The notes: generated by a model not told the origin, from the letters alone. A stretch of 64,000 nucleotides of DNA from Alphaproteobacteria bacterium (GCA_965214705.1 OZ243972.1:3328001-3392000), one strand, 5' to 3'. Shown: positions 51,140 through 63,597, counted from the stretch's first letter. A program made the numbers and translations.

Positions 51140-52300
51140 TCAGCTGGTGGTGGAGTTGGCCGTACCGGCCAACGCCCGCGCGATGGCCGTGCCGATGCGT
51201 TCAGCCGCCGCTTCAGTCTCCTTGTCGCTCACATGAGCGTAGCGCATGGTCATGCTCGGCCGCCTGTGACCCAGCAGGCGGGAGACGACGGGCAACGGGA
51301 TGCCTTGAAGGACGGCGTGGCTTGCGAACGTGTGACGGAGGTCATGAAGGCGTACATCCTCGATCCTGGCTTCTCTACGCACCAAGTACCAGAGCGGCAG
51401 GTGATGCGAAAGCGGCCGCCTGGAATCCGTCGGCGAGGGGAAGACATATACGCACCCGGTTCGCGTCTGCCGCTCCAGGATGGCGCGCGCCGGCGCACTC
51501 AGAAAGACCCGTCTCGGTCCGGTCTTGGCGTCGGCGAGATTGAGCGTGTCTGCGTCCACGTCCTGCCAGCGCAGCGTCAGGATTTCGCTCTTCCGGCAGC
51601 CGGTCAGCAGCAGAAGGCGGATGACATCCGCTTGCCGCGCCCACGAAGGCCGTGCGCCGGCATAGCAGTCCAGCGCACGGTGGAGACGGCGCACTTCATC
51701 GCGGGACAAGAAGCGAGTGAGCTTCGGGCGGGGGTTCCGCTTGATGCCACGTGCAGGGTTTGTCTGGAGATGGTCGCAAACGATCGCATGGTTCAGGATC
51801 CGGCGGAGAAGGCTCAACGCCTTGTTGGCCGCGCCCGGCGCGGTCCGGCTGTATTCGTCGAACCAGCGGCTCACGCCGGCACGGGTGATCCGATCCAGAG
51901 GCAGCGATCCGAAGACCGGGAGCAAGCGCGCGTCGACGATCCGGCTCGCTTTCTTCCGTGTGGACGGTTTGCCTCTGTCGAAACACGCCCGTCCCGGACC
52001 CGCAGCGAAGTCGCCGAAGGTCGGCACCGCTCCGCGTTCCGGACTGCCGGACCGCGCTCCGGTCTCGATGGCGAGGCACTTGGCGCGCGCCTCCTCGACG
52101 CCCGTCAGCGCCGCAGGTCCCAGCGTGATCCTGCGCGCGCCGTCCTCGCCCCTCCGGCAATAGACGAAGCTGCGGTGCCCCGACGGCCGCACCCGCACGC
52201 CGAGACCCGTCTGGCGCGTGTCCCAGACGGTGTATTCGCGGGCCGCCGGCGTCAGCCGGGCCACGTTGGCGTCGGTCAGACGCCGCCTCTTCGCGGCCAT
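51140..52300 (-). CDS. Tyrosine recombinase B (paralog of 28943)
   Basis: Full R-K-H-R-H-Y catalytic set; colinear with 28943-30085. Confidence 0.93.
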   Translation of the reverse strand: MAAKRRRLTDANVARLTPAAREYTVWDTRQTGLGVRVRPSGHRSFVYCRRGEDGARRITLGPAALTGVEEARAKCLAIETGARSGSPERGAVPTFGDFAAGPGRACFDRGKPSTRKKASRIVDARLLPVFGSLPLDRITRAGVSRWFDEYSRTAPGAANKALSLLRRILNHAIVCDHLQTNPARGIKRNPRPKLTRFLSRDEVRRLHRALDCYAGARPSWARQADVIRLLLLTGCRKSEILTLRWQDVDADTLNLADAKTGPRRVFLSAPARAILERQTRTGCVYVFPSPTDSRRPLSHHLPLWYLVRREARIEDVRLHDLRHTFASHAVLQGIPLPVVSRLLGHRRPSMTMRYAHVSDKETEAAAERIGTAIARALAGTANSTTS

Positions 52301-52303
52301 GCG

Positions 52304-53428
52304 TCAGCCCTCAAGGACGGCGCCGACGGTATCGGCCGCCTCGCGCACCATGGCGTCGGCGAGGTGGGTGTACTTTAGGGTCGTTGCCGGATCGCGGTGT
52401 CCGAGCAGGCGGCCGATGATCAGCACCGTCTCGCCCTGCGCCAGCGCCATGCTGGCGTAGGTATGGCGCAAATCGTGAAGTCGGACGTCGCACAAGTCTG
52501 CCTCGGCTCTGATGCGTTGCCAGGCCTGGTCGAGTGCCTTCGTGGTCAGGCAACTGTCGGTTTGCGGCGAGGGAAAGACCCAGACCGCGCTGCGGGGCAG
52601 GCTGTCGAGAACCTCGCGCGCGGCGGACGAGAGCCAGACCGTGCGCGGCCCGGACTTGCTGTCGCGCAGGAACAGCTTGCCCTCTCGGTAGTCGCGCCAT
52701 TCGAGGGTGACGATCTCGCCCTTGCGGCATCCGGTGAGCAGCAGCAGCCGTATGATCGCCGCGGCCTGCGGCCGGCCGGCCTTATGGCGTGCCAGAACCT
52801 TGCCCAGCCGGCGCATCTCCGCCGCCGACAGGAAGCGCTCCCGCCCCTGGCGCCGGTATCGTCTGATGCCCGCGCACGGATTGGTGCCCTCTGGCCGGTA
52901 GCCGTAGACCTCGGCCTGGCGCATGATGACCGACAGGACGGGAGCCGAGCGGTCGGCAGTCACCGGGGTCTCGTGAAGGGATGCGAACCACTGCCGGACG
53001 TCGCTCACGGCGATACCGGCGATCGGTCGGCCTTCGAACCAGGGCAGGATCTGGTTGCGGTAATAGCGCCGGTTGACGTTGAGCGTAGACGGCTTCCAGT
53101 TTCGTGCGTAGCGCCGGAACACTTCGTCGGCGACCGTCTCGAACAGTGTGTCCTGCGGCGCGGCGGCTTGGTCGTCGTCTCCCCTGCGGATCGCGGCCAA
53201 GAGGGCCCTGGCCCGGTCGCGGGCCTCGTCCGTGCCGATGGCACCGGCCTGGCCCACGATCTTCCAGACCCGTCGGCCCTGGTGTTGGCTGTGAATGAAG
53301 TACCGCTTGGCGCCCGAGGGCAGGACCCTGACGCCGAATCCCTTGAGTTCTCGGTCGCGAACGTCGTAGGCGGCCTTTCGGGGCTTGAGCGTGTTGACAC
53401 GGCGTTCGTTGAGGCGAAGCGTAGCCAT
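52304..53428 (-). CDS. Tyrosine recombinase A (paralog of 27818)
   Basis: MATLRL start after GGAGG; full catalytic set. Confidence 0.93.
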   Translation of the reverse strand: MATLRLNERRVNTLKPRKAAYDVRDRELKGFGVRVLPSGAKRYFIHSQHQGRRVWKIVGQAGAIGTDEARDRARALLAAIRRGDDDQAAAPQDTLFETVADEVFRRYARNWKPSTLNVNRRYYRNQILPWFEGRPIAGIAVSDVRQWFASLHETPVTADRSAPVLSVIMRQAEVYGYRPEGTNPCAGIRRYRRQGRERFLSAAEMRRLGKVLARHKAGRPQAAAIIRLLLLTGCRKGEIVTLEWRDYREGKLFLRDSKSGPRTVWLSSAAREVLDSLPRSAVWVFPSPQTDSCLTTKALDQAWQRIRAEADLCDVRLHDLRHTYASMALAQGETVLIIGRLLGHRDPATTLKYTHLADAMVREAADTVGAVLEG

Positions 53429-53557
53429 CGATTTTCCTCCTTCGCTCCGTTGCAGCCGGGGCAAAACGCAGGGCGATTCCGCGCTTTCCGGCCAATGCAG
53501 GAGGAAATAAGCAACGCTATGTCAGTATGTTAGCACCGCAGGTGCGCCCGGTGGTGT

Positions 53558-53816
53558 CTTCCATCTTGCCGTCGATGTCACGACCGCCATGGCCGATCCT
53601 GGGGGTGGCGCCGGGCCGGGGTATGAGCGGCGGGAGCGCGGCCGGAGCCGCGACGGGGCGGGCGGCGCGCTCGAAGAGTGTCGCGGCGTCGTGAAGTTCT
53701 ACAACGCGGCCAAGGGCTACGGCTTCGTGGTTCCCGACGGCGGCCGGGACGTGCTCGTGCACGAGAGCGTGCTGAACCGGGCGGGCCTGGAGCCGGGGCA
53801 GCGCGTGAGCGTCATG
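53558..53816 (+). pseudogene. Linker and second cold-shock domain of the split two-CSD gene
   Basis: AVDVTTAMAD..GVVKFYNAAKGYGFVVPDGGRDVLVH (RNP1/RNP2 motifs); truncated by IS ends. Confidence 0.8.
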
Positions 53817-53837
53817 CCCGAGTTTGACAGCATCTGG

Positions 53838-54622
53838 CCCGGATTTCTCACGAGAGGGCTGCGATGGGTGTTTGGTTTGCTTCGGGTGGTTTCTGGTTGG
53901 CCTGGCTGCGCCTTCCGGGCGAAGGCGCAGCGGTAGCGGTGGCGCCGGGGGCGCGGTTGAAGTCGGAGCGGGTTCTTCGTTGTTGGCGGGAGGGTGGCGG
54001 GGTTCTGGGTGTCAGGTCAGGTGAATAATCGGGCGTGGGCGCGCGTGAACGCGGGCGCGTGGGGTGCGCCTGTTGCCATGGCAATGCGGATGCACCGGGT
54101 GCTGATGCGGACCTGGGCGCCGATCTTCAGCAGCTTGAGGCGGATCGAGCCGCAGGTGGCGCGGGCGAGGCGGGTGCCGGCGAGCGCGATGCGTCTCAGC
54201 GCGGCCAGCAGCACGTAAGCCATGGCGGCGAACCAGAGGCGGAGTTGGTTGGCGCGCATGGTCTGAGCCGAGGTGCGGTCTGCGAAGAGGTCGAGCTGGC
54301 ACTCCTTGATGCGGTTCTCCATGTCGGCGCGTGCGCAGTAGAGTTGCTCGTAGAGCTCCCGCCGCCCGATGGCGGCCGCGCTCAGCGAGGTGACGACGAA
54401 GCGGGGGTTGGCGCCGGCCGGGAGCCACTCCGCCTTGCCGACGACGCGGCGCCGCACGCGACTAGGTCTTGCGCGTGCGGTAGCGGAACTCGGTGAACAG
54501 GCGCGCCGTCTGGCCGCTCTCCCGCGCGCGCCTCGGCCAGGTCCATGGCCGGTTGCAGGCGGTCCGTGAGGCGCGGGTTGCGCCCGAGCCCGAAGACGTA
54601 GTCCACGCCGTTCGCCTCGCAC
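53838..54622 (-). pseudogene. IS1380-family C-terminal remnant
   Basis: DYVFGL, VVGKAE, NPRFVVT, YCARADMENRIKE, ANQLRL; frameshifted; end CCCGGATTTCTCAC. Confidence 0.85.
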
Positions 54623-54625
54623 TAG

Positions 54626-56656
54626 CCCGACTTCCGCAACTCGGGGGTTATGAGGGTGCTAACCCATTGATTCTCCGTGATCGGACCCCCAAAGGTCGGC
54701 ACTACAGAGCGCCGAACGGAGGGGCGGTCCGTGCGCAGTCAGGCGGAGAACCGCGGCCCGGGCTGTTGCGGCAGGGTCATGCCGATACCCGGAACAAGTC
54801 CGGGCAGGTGCAGTAGAAGCTCGTGCTCCTTGTTCGGCCGGGTGTGGCGCGGCAGGATCAAGTGCCGGCCGTCGGTGGTCGGCAGGTGGACGTCCACCAT
54901 CTGGATGGTGGCGAACGCCTCGATGATGGCGCGGGGCGTCAGCCCGTTGGCGCGCGGGCGGGCGAGGTTCTTCAGCGTGACCAGCAGGCAGTAGGCAATG
55001 AAGGAGACGAAGATGTGCGCCTCGATCCGCTTCTCGCGCTGATGGAAGATGGGACGGATGGCGAGGTCGTGCTTGAGCTCCTTGAACGCCTGCTCGATCT
55101 CGATCAACTGCATGTACAGGTGCCAGAGCGTGGCGGGGTCTTCGGCGGTCATGTTGGATCGCAAGAGGTAGCGGCCCTCTCGGCGGCGCACGCGGCGTAG
55201 CCGGTCGCGCCGCAGGCGGAATGAGAAGCCGTCGGCGGCGAGTTCCTTGTCGGTCTCGGGCACGCGGATGCCGACCAGGTTCCAGGCCCGGCCCACCTCC
55301 TTCCTGGCGGCGCCGAGCTTGAGCATCAGTTGATCTCGGCTGTTGGACTGCCCTTGCAGCTCGCGCAACCGGTGCCACAGCTTCTTGAGCCGCCGCCGAC
55401 GCATGCCGCGTTCCTTCAGCTGCCGCCCCTCGCTGCGCACCAGGACGTAGAGTTCGCCGTCTTCGACCAGCAGCTTGACGTTCACGGACTGGCGCACCTC
55501 CTGCCAGGGCAGATCCAGGAATGCCTTCTCCAGCCGCGTCAGCCGCCCCTTCGGCGTGCCCACCAGATAGCGCACCGGCGCCTCACCCGCGCGCATTGCC
55601 GCCAGCGTCTCCTCGGTAGGGATGCCACGGTCCATGATCCAGATCCGGTCGGAGCGGCCGTATTGCCGTTCGATCTTCTCGAGGAACCCCGCCAGCGTGG
55701 TCTGGTCGGCGGTATTCCCCGGCATCACCTCGTAGGCCAGCGGGAAGCCCTCGGGCGTCACGATCAGCGCGATCACCACCTGCACGCAGTCAGGCCGCTT
55801 GTCCCGGCTGTAGCCGAAGCGGCGCTTGTCCTCGAACGGCGGGTCGCTCTCGAAGTACGTGCTGGTCAGATCATACAGCAGGACATCGAAGCGCGCGTCG
55901 AACAGCGCCGCCCAGCGGCCGCGCAGGAACGAGAAGAAGTCCTGCTTGTGCTCCAGCAGCTTGTCGAGGCAGCGATACAGTGTGTCGTCGGCGACCGCCC
56001 GGTCGCTGCCCAGCAGATCGCGCAACGCGCTGTGCTCGTACCAGTGACGGTGAAGACGCCACTCGCTGCCCGGATCGATCAGCCGGTAGCAGGCCTGGAT
56101 CTTCAGGATGTCCAGCCACCTCGTGCCTTGCCGGCTCGGCGGCAGGCGCGGACCCCAGAAGCGGTCCAGATCAAGACGGTCCCACAACGCCAAGGCCAGC
56201 CAGCACGCCCCCCACTGGCGCGGGTCGTGAAGCGCCACCTCCGAGACGTTGATCTTGACCACTTCGCAGTTCAGCGCCGGCGCCTCCCGATCCTCGGGAA
56301 AGAGCGCCATCTGACGCGACCCCGACTTGCCCTCCACCACCTCGATCGAGCGGCACCACGCCGCGCGCTGATTGTCGTTGATCTCGCCGAGATAGAGAAC
56401 GTGGCGCTGAACGACCCGGCCGCCGCGGACCCGGACGTTCTCCACCACGCTCCAGTAGCGGTGCTCCTTGCCGTCTTTGAAGCGTCTCTTGCAGCGCACG
56501 AACATGGTCGAATCGTCCGCCGCCGCGGCACCCCGATCAAGGGGGTAGGTCGGCACTACACGCGGTTCTGGAAGGGCAAAGCCCGGAAATCCGCCACTTT
56601 CCGGGCCGAAAAACCGTCAAATTGGCCGAATCGCGTGCCGAGTTGCGGAAGTCGGG
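54626..56656 (-). mobile_element. IS1634-family element
   Basis: 19-bp perfect TIR CCCGACTTCCGCAACTCGG; no matching TSD. Confidence 0.9.
54739..56505 (-). CDS. IS1634 transposase
   Basis: MFVRCKRRFKDGKEHRYWSVVE, YDLTSTYFE, GYSRDKRPD, MDRG, IEQAFKELK. Confidence 0.92.
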   Translation of the reverse strand: MFVRCKRRFKDGKEHRYWSVVENVRVRGGRVVQRHVLYLGEINDNQRAAWCRSIEVVEGKSGSRQMALFPEDREAPALNCEVVKINVSEVALHDPRQWGACWLALALWDRLDLDRFWGPRLPPSRQGTRWLDILKIQACYRLIDPGSEWRLHRHWYEHSALRDLLGSDRAVADDTLYRCLDKLLEHKQDFFSFLRGRWAALFDARFDVLLYDLTSTYFESDPPFEDKRRFGYSRDKRPDCVQVVIALIVTPEGFPLAYEVMPGNTADQTTLAGFLEKIERQYGRSDRIWIMDRGIPTEETLAAMRAGEAPVRYLVGTPKGRLTRLEKAFLDLPWQEVRQSVNVKLLVEDGELYVLVRSEGRQLKERGMRRRRLKKLWHRLRELQGQSNSRDQLMLKLGAARKEVGRAWNLVGIRVPETDKELAADGFSFRLRRDRLRRVRRREGRYLLRSNMTAEDPATLWHLYMQLIEIEQAFKELKHDLAIRPIFHQREKRIEAHIFVSFIAYCLLVTLKNLARPRANGLTPRAIIEAFATIQMVDVHLPTTDGRHLILPRHTRPNKEHELLLHLPGLVPGIGMTLPQQPGPRFSA

Positions 56657-56912
56657 ATAGGGCGGTTTTCGGCCGACAATCCCACGATCACGCGGCAGCG
56701 GAGGGGCCCCCCGACTGCCGGCCGGGCACCGCCTCCGCCGGATAGACCGCCCCCACCCCGGTACGGGTCGACCGGAAGCGCGAGCCCGGCGCTCGCCGCC
56801 CTCACGGACGCACGGGCGACGGCACGGGCTACCGCCAAGCCGATGTCGCGGATATGATCGCCTGCCGGTGCCGCCCAGCGCTCCGGCTACCCTGACCATC
56901 GAGCAAGCGGGC

Positions 56913-59648
56913 ATGGCGTCGAGGAAGCACAGCCGCAAGGGGCGCAGGCGCAAGCGGCCTGGCAAGGTCACCGCCGTCCAGCAGCTGAATCAGGCCCGTC
57001 GGCGGCTGGCCAGCGGGGACGCCCGCGGCGCCCTCGATCTCCTGAAGCGGGTGCCGGACGGGGAGCACGACCCGGCAGGCAAGGCGTGCCTGCATTTCTG
57101 CGCTCTGACGCAGCGGGCCCGTCAACTGGCACGGCGGGGCCAGAAGAAGGAGGCGGCCGCCATGCGCGCGCGGGCCGCCGAGCAGCGGTCATCCATCCCT
57201 GCCGGGGCGCTGGGGGAGGAGGACCTGATGAGCTACCTCCGCCATCTTGATCCTGGCGAGGCGGTCGCAACCTACGCGGGATACATGAAGGAGAGATCGC
57301 CGATCGCCGGGGCTGAGCGCCTGCTCGCCGACAGGCTAGTGACCCGGCGGTGCTGGGCGAGTCTGGACGCGCTCGACGCGAGCCATGCGCTTCGCCGCGA
57401 CGCGGACCACGTCATGCGCGGCCTCGACGCGATGGACGCGGGAGAGTGGGAGCGTGCGGCGGATCTGCTGCGCGGGCTGCACCGGCGCTCGCCGTTCGCG
57501 GCCTGGCGCGTGTTCTGCAAGGCGATGGCGTGTTTCGGTGCCGGCGACGACGAGGGCCTGCGCCGTGCGGCGGACCTTCTGCCCGGGGAGTTCGCGCTTG
57601 CCGGCATCGTCGCCGAGTTGCGGCGGGCTGGCGGGGGCGGGGGCAAGGGCGGCTCTTCCAGGGTTCAGCGGGCCCTGGGAACGGACGGCGCGACGGTCTC
57701 GGAGCTGGGCGAGGAGTTGCGCCAGGCTCTTCGCAGGAACGAGCGCGAGCGGGTCATCGAGCGACTGATGAGCCGCCTGGCCGATGCACTCAGCCCCGAC
57801 GATCCCCTGCCGGCGCTTGTCGATCTGGTGCAGATTGCGGGCTTGGCCACCGCGCGCAGCCACCTCTCCATGGGCGCAGTGGAGCGGCTGGCACAGCACC
57901 TTCTGCCGGCCAGGCGGGTTCCGGGCCTGATCTCCAGGATCGGGTTGGTTCTTCAGCAGGCCTCCCTGGGCGCATGGAACCCCGGTGCGGCGGGATCCCT
58001 GCTGGGCCGCCTTCGCGAGGAGTTCCCCCGGTCCGGGGATCATGGTCTGGTTCGGGGCCGCGTATACGAGGCGCTGGCGAGGATCGGACATCGGAGCGTG
58101 CAGCCGGAGCTGCTGCCGGCCCCGAAGGTGCGGGAGCTGATCCTGCTTCTCGATGGGCGGTCCTTCGAGGCCGGGACGGTGTTTGCCGATCTGATGCAGG
58201 AGAGCCTGCTGGCCGATCCCGGCAACCGCGACGGCTATCGCTTCCTGGCGGAGCTGTTGCGGGGCCGCAGGCAGGACAGGAACCGTCTGCGGCGGGTGCT
58301 GGAGGACACGGCGTCCCGATTTCCCGAGGATGCTGAGCCCTGGCTTGAGTTGACCGAGCTTCACTACGCCGGCAATGCGTACCGGCGGGCGGAGGAGGCT
58401 CTTGCCGAGGCCCGGCGGCGCGCTCCGCATGACGAGCGCATCGTCGGCCTGCAGGCGGTGGGCTTCCTCAAGTCATCGGACCAGAGCCGCAAGAGCGGAC
58501 GGTTCGAGCTGGCGGCCCGGGATTTGCAGCGGGCCGAGGCGCTGGGGGGCTCCCGGCTGACAGACATCGTGCCGGTGAAGAGGCTTCTGCTGGACCTGGT
58601 GTCGTCGGGCGGGGATGCCGCCGCGGTCGTGGTTCCCCGTCTTTCCGCCCTGCCTCCTGCCGGGCAGATCAGGACCCTGGCGCTGCTGCTTCACGAGCTG
58701 GAAGCGAACAGCACCGTCAGGAACGTCACGCCCGAGATGACGCATGCCGTGCGAGGCCTTCTGGCTCTCAGGGCGCCCATGATCGATGACATCGATGGGG
58801 AGGAGGCGGCCGGTCTTCTGGCTCCCCTCCCAGGGGATTTTCGGATCCTCTATGGCCGCCTTCATGTCGCGCCGGTCCTGGCCGACTTCTGGGGCGCGAT
58901 CATGCGCGGGCAGCGGGACGACGGTCTGCTGGATGTCTTCGACATTCTGCTGGACTGCGGCGGCCGGGCTGCCGTGCGGGCCGAGATCGGGCTTCGCCTA
59001 GCCGGAACGAGCAAGGCGGAGCGGGATCCGTTGCTGCTCCTGTACCTTGCGGCGATCCGCTACCAGGAAGGCGACGACGACGATTCCCGGCGCTTCTTTG
59101 AGGCGCTGGAATCGGCAGCCCCGTCCGAGCGCGAGCGCCTGCGGGTGGGAGCCGGGCGGCTTGCCCGGGTCAGCGCGGGCATCCTGCGCGAAGCGCTTCA
59201 CACGTTCGACTTCGGGCTTCTGGACCCGCCCGAGCCGCTGTTCGGGGGCGACGCTCCGGGACCGCTCTCGAGCCTTCTGGACGAGATCCTGGGACCCGAG
59301 GAAGAGCCGTCCGGAGAAGAACCGTCTCTCGACGCGTTCCTGGATGCTCTGAGGGTCGGCCTGCAGGCGGGATTGCCGGGCCAGCCCTGCCAGACCTCGT
59401 TGTTCGACGACGACGAGGCGGCACGTGAGCTGGAGACGCTGGAAGGCTTGATCGACCGGCACTGGCTTCGCGGGGTTCCCTCTCCGCTGCTGAGGGAGGT
59501 GGCGGAGGTGGCGAGAGCGGAGCCTGGGATTCGGCACAACCTGGACCGCAGCGCCCGCACGTGCGAGGAGTCGGGGCTTCGCGACGGGCTGAGCCGGGAG
59601 GCGCGTATCTTCCTCTTTCCCCGCAAGCAGGGTCGCCGGAGGGCGTAG
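56913..59648 (+). CDS. Large helical/TPR-like repeat protein
   Basis: About 911 aa, Ala/Leu/Arg-rich helices; TPR-like RFPEDAEPWLEL..AEEALAEARRRAPHD; basic N-terminus; first gene of the operon. Confidence 0.7.
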   Translation: MASRKHSRKGRRRKRPGKVTAVQQLNQARRRLASGDARGALDLLKRVPDGEHDPAGKACLHFCALTQRARQLARRGQKKEAAAMRARAAEQRSSIPAGALGEEDLMSYLRHLDPGEAVATYAGYMKERSPIAGAERLLADRLVTRRCWASLDALDASHALRRDADHVMRGLDAMDAGEWERAADLLRGLHRRSPFAAWRVFCKAMACFGAGDDEGLRRAADLLPGEFALAGIVAELRRAGGGGGKGGSSRVQRALGTDGATVSELGEELRQALRRNERERVIERLMSRLADALSPDDPLPALVDLVQIAGLATARSHLSMGAVERLAQHLLPARRVPGLISRIGLVLQQASLGAWNPGAAGSLLGRLREEFPRSGDHGLVRGRVYEALARIGHRSVQPELLPAPKVRELILLLDGRSFEAGTVFADLMQESLLADPGNRDGYRFLAELLRGRRQDRNRLRRVLEDTASRFPEDAEPWLELTELHYAGNAYRRAEEALAEARRRAPHDERIVGLQAVGFLKSSDQSRKSGRFELAARDLQRAEALGGSRLTDIVPVKRLLLDLVSSGGDAAAVVVPRLSALPPAGQIRTLALLLHELEANSTVRNVTPEMTHAVRGLLALRAPMIDDIDGEEAAGLLAPLPGDFRILYGRLHVAPVLADFWGAIMRGQRDDGLLDVFDILLDCGGRAAVRAEIGLRLAGTSKAERDPLLLLYLAAIRYQEGDDDDSRRFFEALESAAPSERERLRVGAGRLARVSAGILREALHTFDFGLLDPPEPLFGGDAPGPLSSLLDEILGPEEEPSGEEPSLDAFLDALRVGLQAGLPGQPCQTSLFDDDEAARELETLEGLIDRHWLRGVPSPLLREVAEVARAEPGIRHNLDRSARTCEESGLRDGLSREARIFLFPRKQGRRRA

Positions 59649-59651
59649 GCG

Positions 59652-59957
59652 ATGCTGGCTCACTATCTTGCTCTGGGGCTTTCCCCCTCCGCCTCGCGGG
59701 AGGAGGTTCGCCGGCGCTACCTCGAGCTGATCCGGGCGCATCCGCCGAGCCGGGAGCCGGCGTACAGCGAGCGGATCGTGGCCGCCTACGAAGCCCTGAA
59801 GGACGATCGCTCGCGCGTGGAGACGGCGATGTTCGGGATGTCCCGGCATGGCGATTTCGAGCTGGCTCTGGACGCGCTGGTGCAGGCGCGGCCGCGCGGG
59901 CGTGCCACCCCGGGCCTGCAGGCGCTGATTGCGGCGGAAGGCGCAGAGGATGAGTGA
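59652..59957 (+). CDS. Small J-domain-like protein (HPP instead of HPD)
   Basis: HYLALGLSPSASREEVRRRYLELIRAHPP..IVAAYEALKD. Confidence 0.85.
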   Translation: MLAHYLALGLSPSASREEVRRRYLELIRAHPPSREPAYSERIVAAYEALKDDRSRVETAMFGMSRHGDFELALDALVQARPRGRATPGLQALIAAEGAEDE

Positions 59958-60617
59958 GCCTGACGGCGACTGGAAGCGCCGCGCCCTTGAGGATTTCGGG
60001 CACTGGCTCGACGAACTGGAGGAGGAGGACAGCGGCGACGGCGGGACCGGTATAGCGCCGGAGCCAGATTTGCGCGACTTGTTCGCCGAGCTTGCGGCGC
60101 TGCGCCAGGAGGTCCGGCTGCAAAACCGCGAGCAGTCGAAGGCGGGCCGGGAGCTTGCCCAGGCGGCGGCACGCTACGACGGCGCTGCGGCGTTGATGAA
60201 GCGCCGCGAGGACGATCTTGCGGCATTCGAGACGCGGGTCTCGCGCGAGGCCGAGAACCGCTGCCTGCGCTCTGTTCTCGAGGTGCGCGATGCCCTGGTC
60301 CGGGGCTTGGAGGCAGGGACGGCGCTGCGCGAACGCCCCGGCTTGTTCCGCCGCCCGCCGCGGGGTATGCGCGGCGTCGCCGAGGGCTACGAGATCGCAC
60401 TCAGGCGTTTCGACCGGATGCTGTCCGGGTTCGGGGTCGAGCGCCTGCGGACCGCAGGCCAGCCGTTCGATGCGCGCACCATGCACGCGGCGGAGGTCCG
60501 CCGGGTCGCGGGGGTCGGGAGCGGCATGGTGGTCGAGGAGCTGCTCAGCGGCTACACCCGGGGCGGCGACATTCTGCGCCTCGCCGAGGTGGCCGTGAAC
60601 CGCAACGAGAGGCAGGA

Positions 60618-60621
<4 letters not shown>
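59950..60621 (+). CDS. grpE: GrpE-like nucleotide exchange factor
   Basis: Coiled coil, then GQPFDARTMHAA, VVEELLSGY, LRLAEVAV. Confidence 0.87.
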
Positions 60622-62396
<1,775 letters not shown>

Positions 62397-62400
62397 GCCG

Positions 62401-62760
62401 GTGCTCCGCTGCCCGACCTGCGGCGCCGGGGGGATCGAGGGCCCGACATGCCACCGCTGCCGGACCGACCTGCGCCAGGTGCTGGCCGTCGAGCGGGCCG
62501 CTGCGCAGTGCCGGCGGCGGGCGGCGGCCGCGCTGGCAAGCGGCTGCGGCGACCGGGCGCGCGCCCTTGCGGACAGGGCCTGCGCACTCCACCGCTGCCA
62601 TGCGTCCGTTTCCCTGCGCGCCGCGGCCGCGCTCGTCGATGGCGAGTTCGGCTTGGCCCTCCGTCTGTGGCGGGAGGTCCGAAGCGGGCCGCCGGACAAC
62701 CCCGCTCCGGCGAACGCACGCGCTTCTATCGCTCCCTCGCCCGCCGTTCCACGAAACTGA
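62401..62760 (+). CDS. Zn-ribbon (CxxC..CxxC) plus TPR-like small protein
   Basis: RCPTCGAGGIEGPTCHRCRTDL followed by Ala-rich helices; starts 4 bp after the Hsp70 stop. Confidence 0.72.
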   Translation: MLRCPTCGAGGIEGPTCHRCRTDLRQVLAVERAAAQCRRRAAAALASGCGDRARALADRACALHRCHASVSLRAAAALVDGEFGLALRLWREVRSGPPDNPAPANARASIAPSPAVPRN

Positions 62761-62816
62761 GTGCCGCGCAGGCGATGAGTCCGGAGCGGGATACCCCCTC
62801 CCGCGATGCGGCTTCG

Positions 62817-63215
62817 TCAATGATCGCAAGCAGGCGCGATGGCACCGAGAGCTGCCCAGCGCGTGGGACGGCTCACCGATCCCTTGCTCCGAAGGGCGTA
62901 TACGAGAGGCGATCGTGCGCTCGGCCGCGAGAGGGCATCCTCCCAGGCATCGACGGCATCGCCAAGCGCGTTCCAGCGCTCCTCCAGCCCCATGTCGGCC
63001 ATGCGCTGTTGCTCGATCCTGGCGAGCAGCAGAAGCTCGCGCACCGTGCGGCGCAGAACGCTATCCGGCAGCGGGTCCGGCGCGCTCGCCCTGTGCACGA
63101 TGTAGCGCGAGAGATCCATGCCCGCGTCGGCAGCGAGTTCGCGAATGCGCGCCCATTCGCTTGCTGTCGTCATCACCGCGTGCTGTGTGCGGCGCTCCGT
63201 CGGCCGGCGGCTCAT
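62817..63215 (-). CDS. RHH/MobC-like DNA-binding protein (longest copy, C)
   Basis: TQHAVMTTASEWARIRELAADAGMDLSRYIVHRA fits a beta-helix-helix pattern; two paralogs in the window. Confidence 0.72.
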   Translation of the reverse strand: MSRRPTERRTQHAVMTTASEWARIRELAADAGMDLSRYIVHRASAPDPLPDSVLRRTVRELLLLARIEQQRMADMGLEERWNALGDAVDAWEDALSRPSARSPLVYALRSKGSVSRPTRWAALGAIAPACDH

Positions 63216-63597
63216 GAGGGCACCCCGGGGACGGTGCAATACTGCGTGACCAACCTCGAAGGACCCGCGTGCGTGCCGCAACTACCTACATAACACCATA
63301 TAATACAGTTACGACTTGCCCATCCGCATACGTCATGAGAACCCACCGCCTTACGCCCTCTAGGAACGCGAATATCCATCGTGTGTTTCTCCGCACAGAC
63401 AGACTCGCAACCACTGACATATGCCTTCACTTCCCAGATTGCAACTGATCGGTTCGCGGCGCAAAATTTTATATCAGATAAAAGCCGCCACAATCCTCTT
63501 GTGAAACGACCCAATCACCTGTAATATACTACATATGCAGGAGAGAAAGCGACCCACTCCACTACCTGACATACCCCAACAATATCAAGTTTAGGAC

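Larger units (their letters stand above)
34892..53557 (-). mobile_element. Nested 18.7 kb tandem-recombinase element (element 2)
   Basis: CGGTGGTGT at 34892-34900 and 53549-53557; flanks join into a two-CSD gene; RHH end on the left, integrase pair on the right. Confidence 0.68.
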
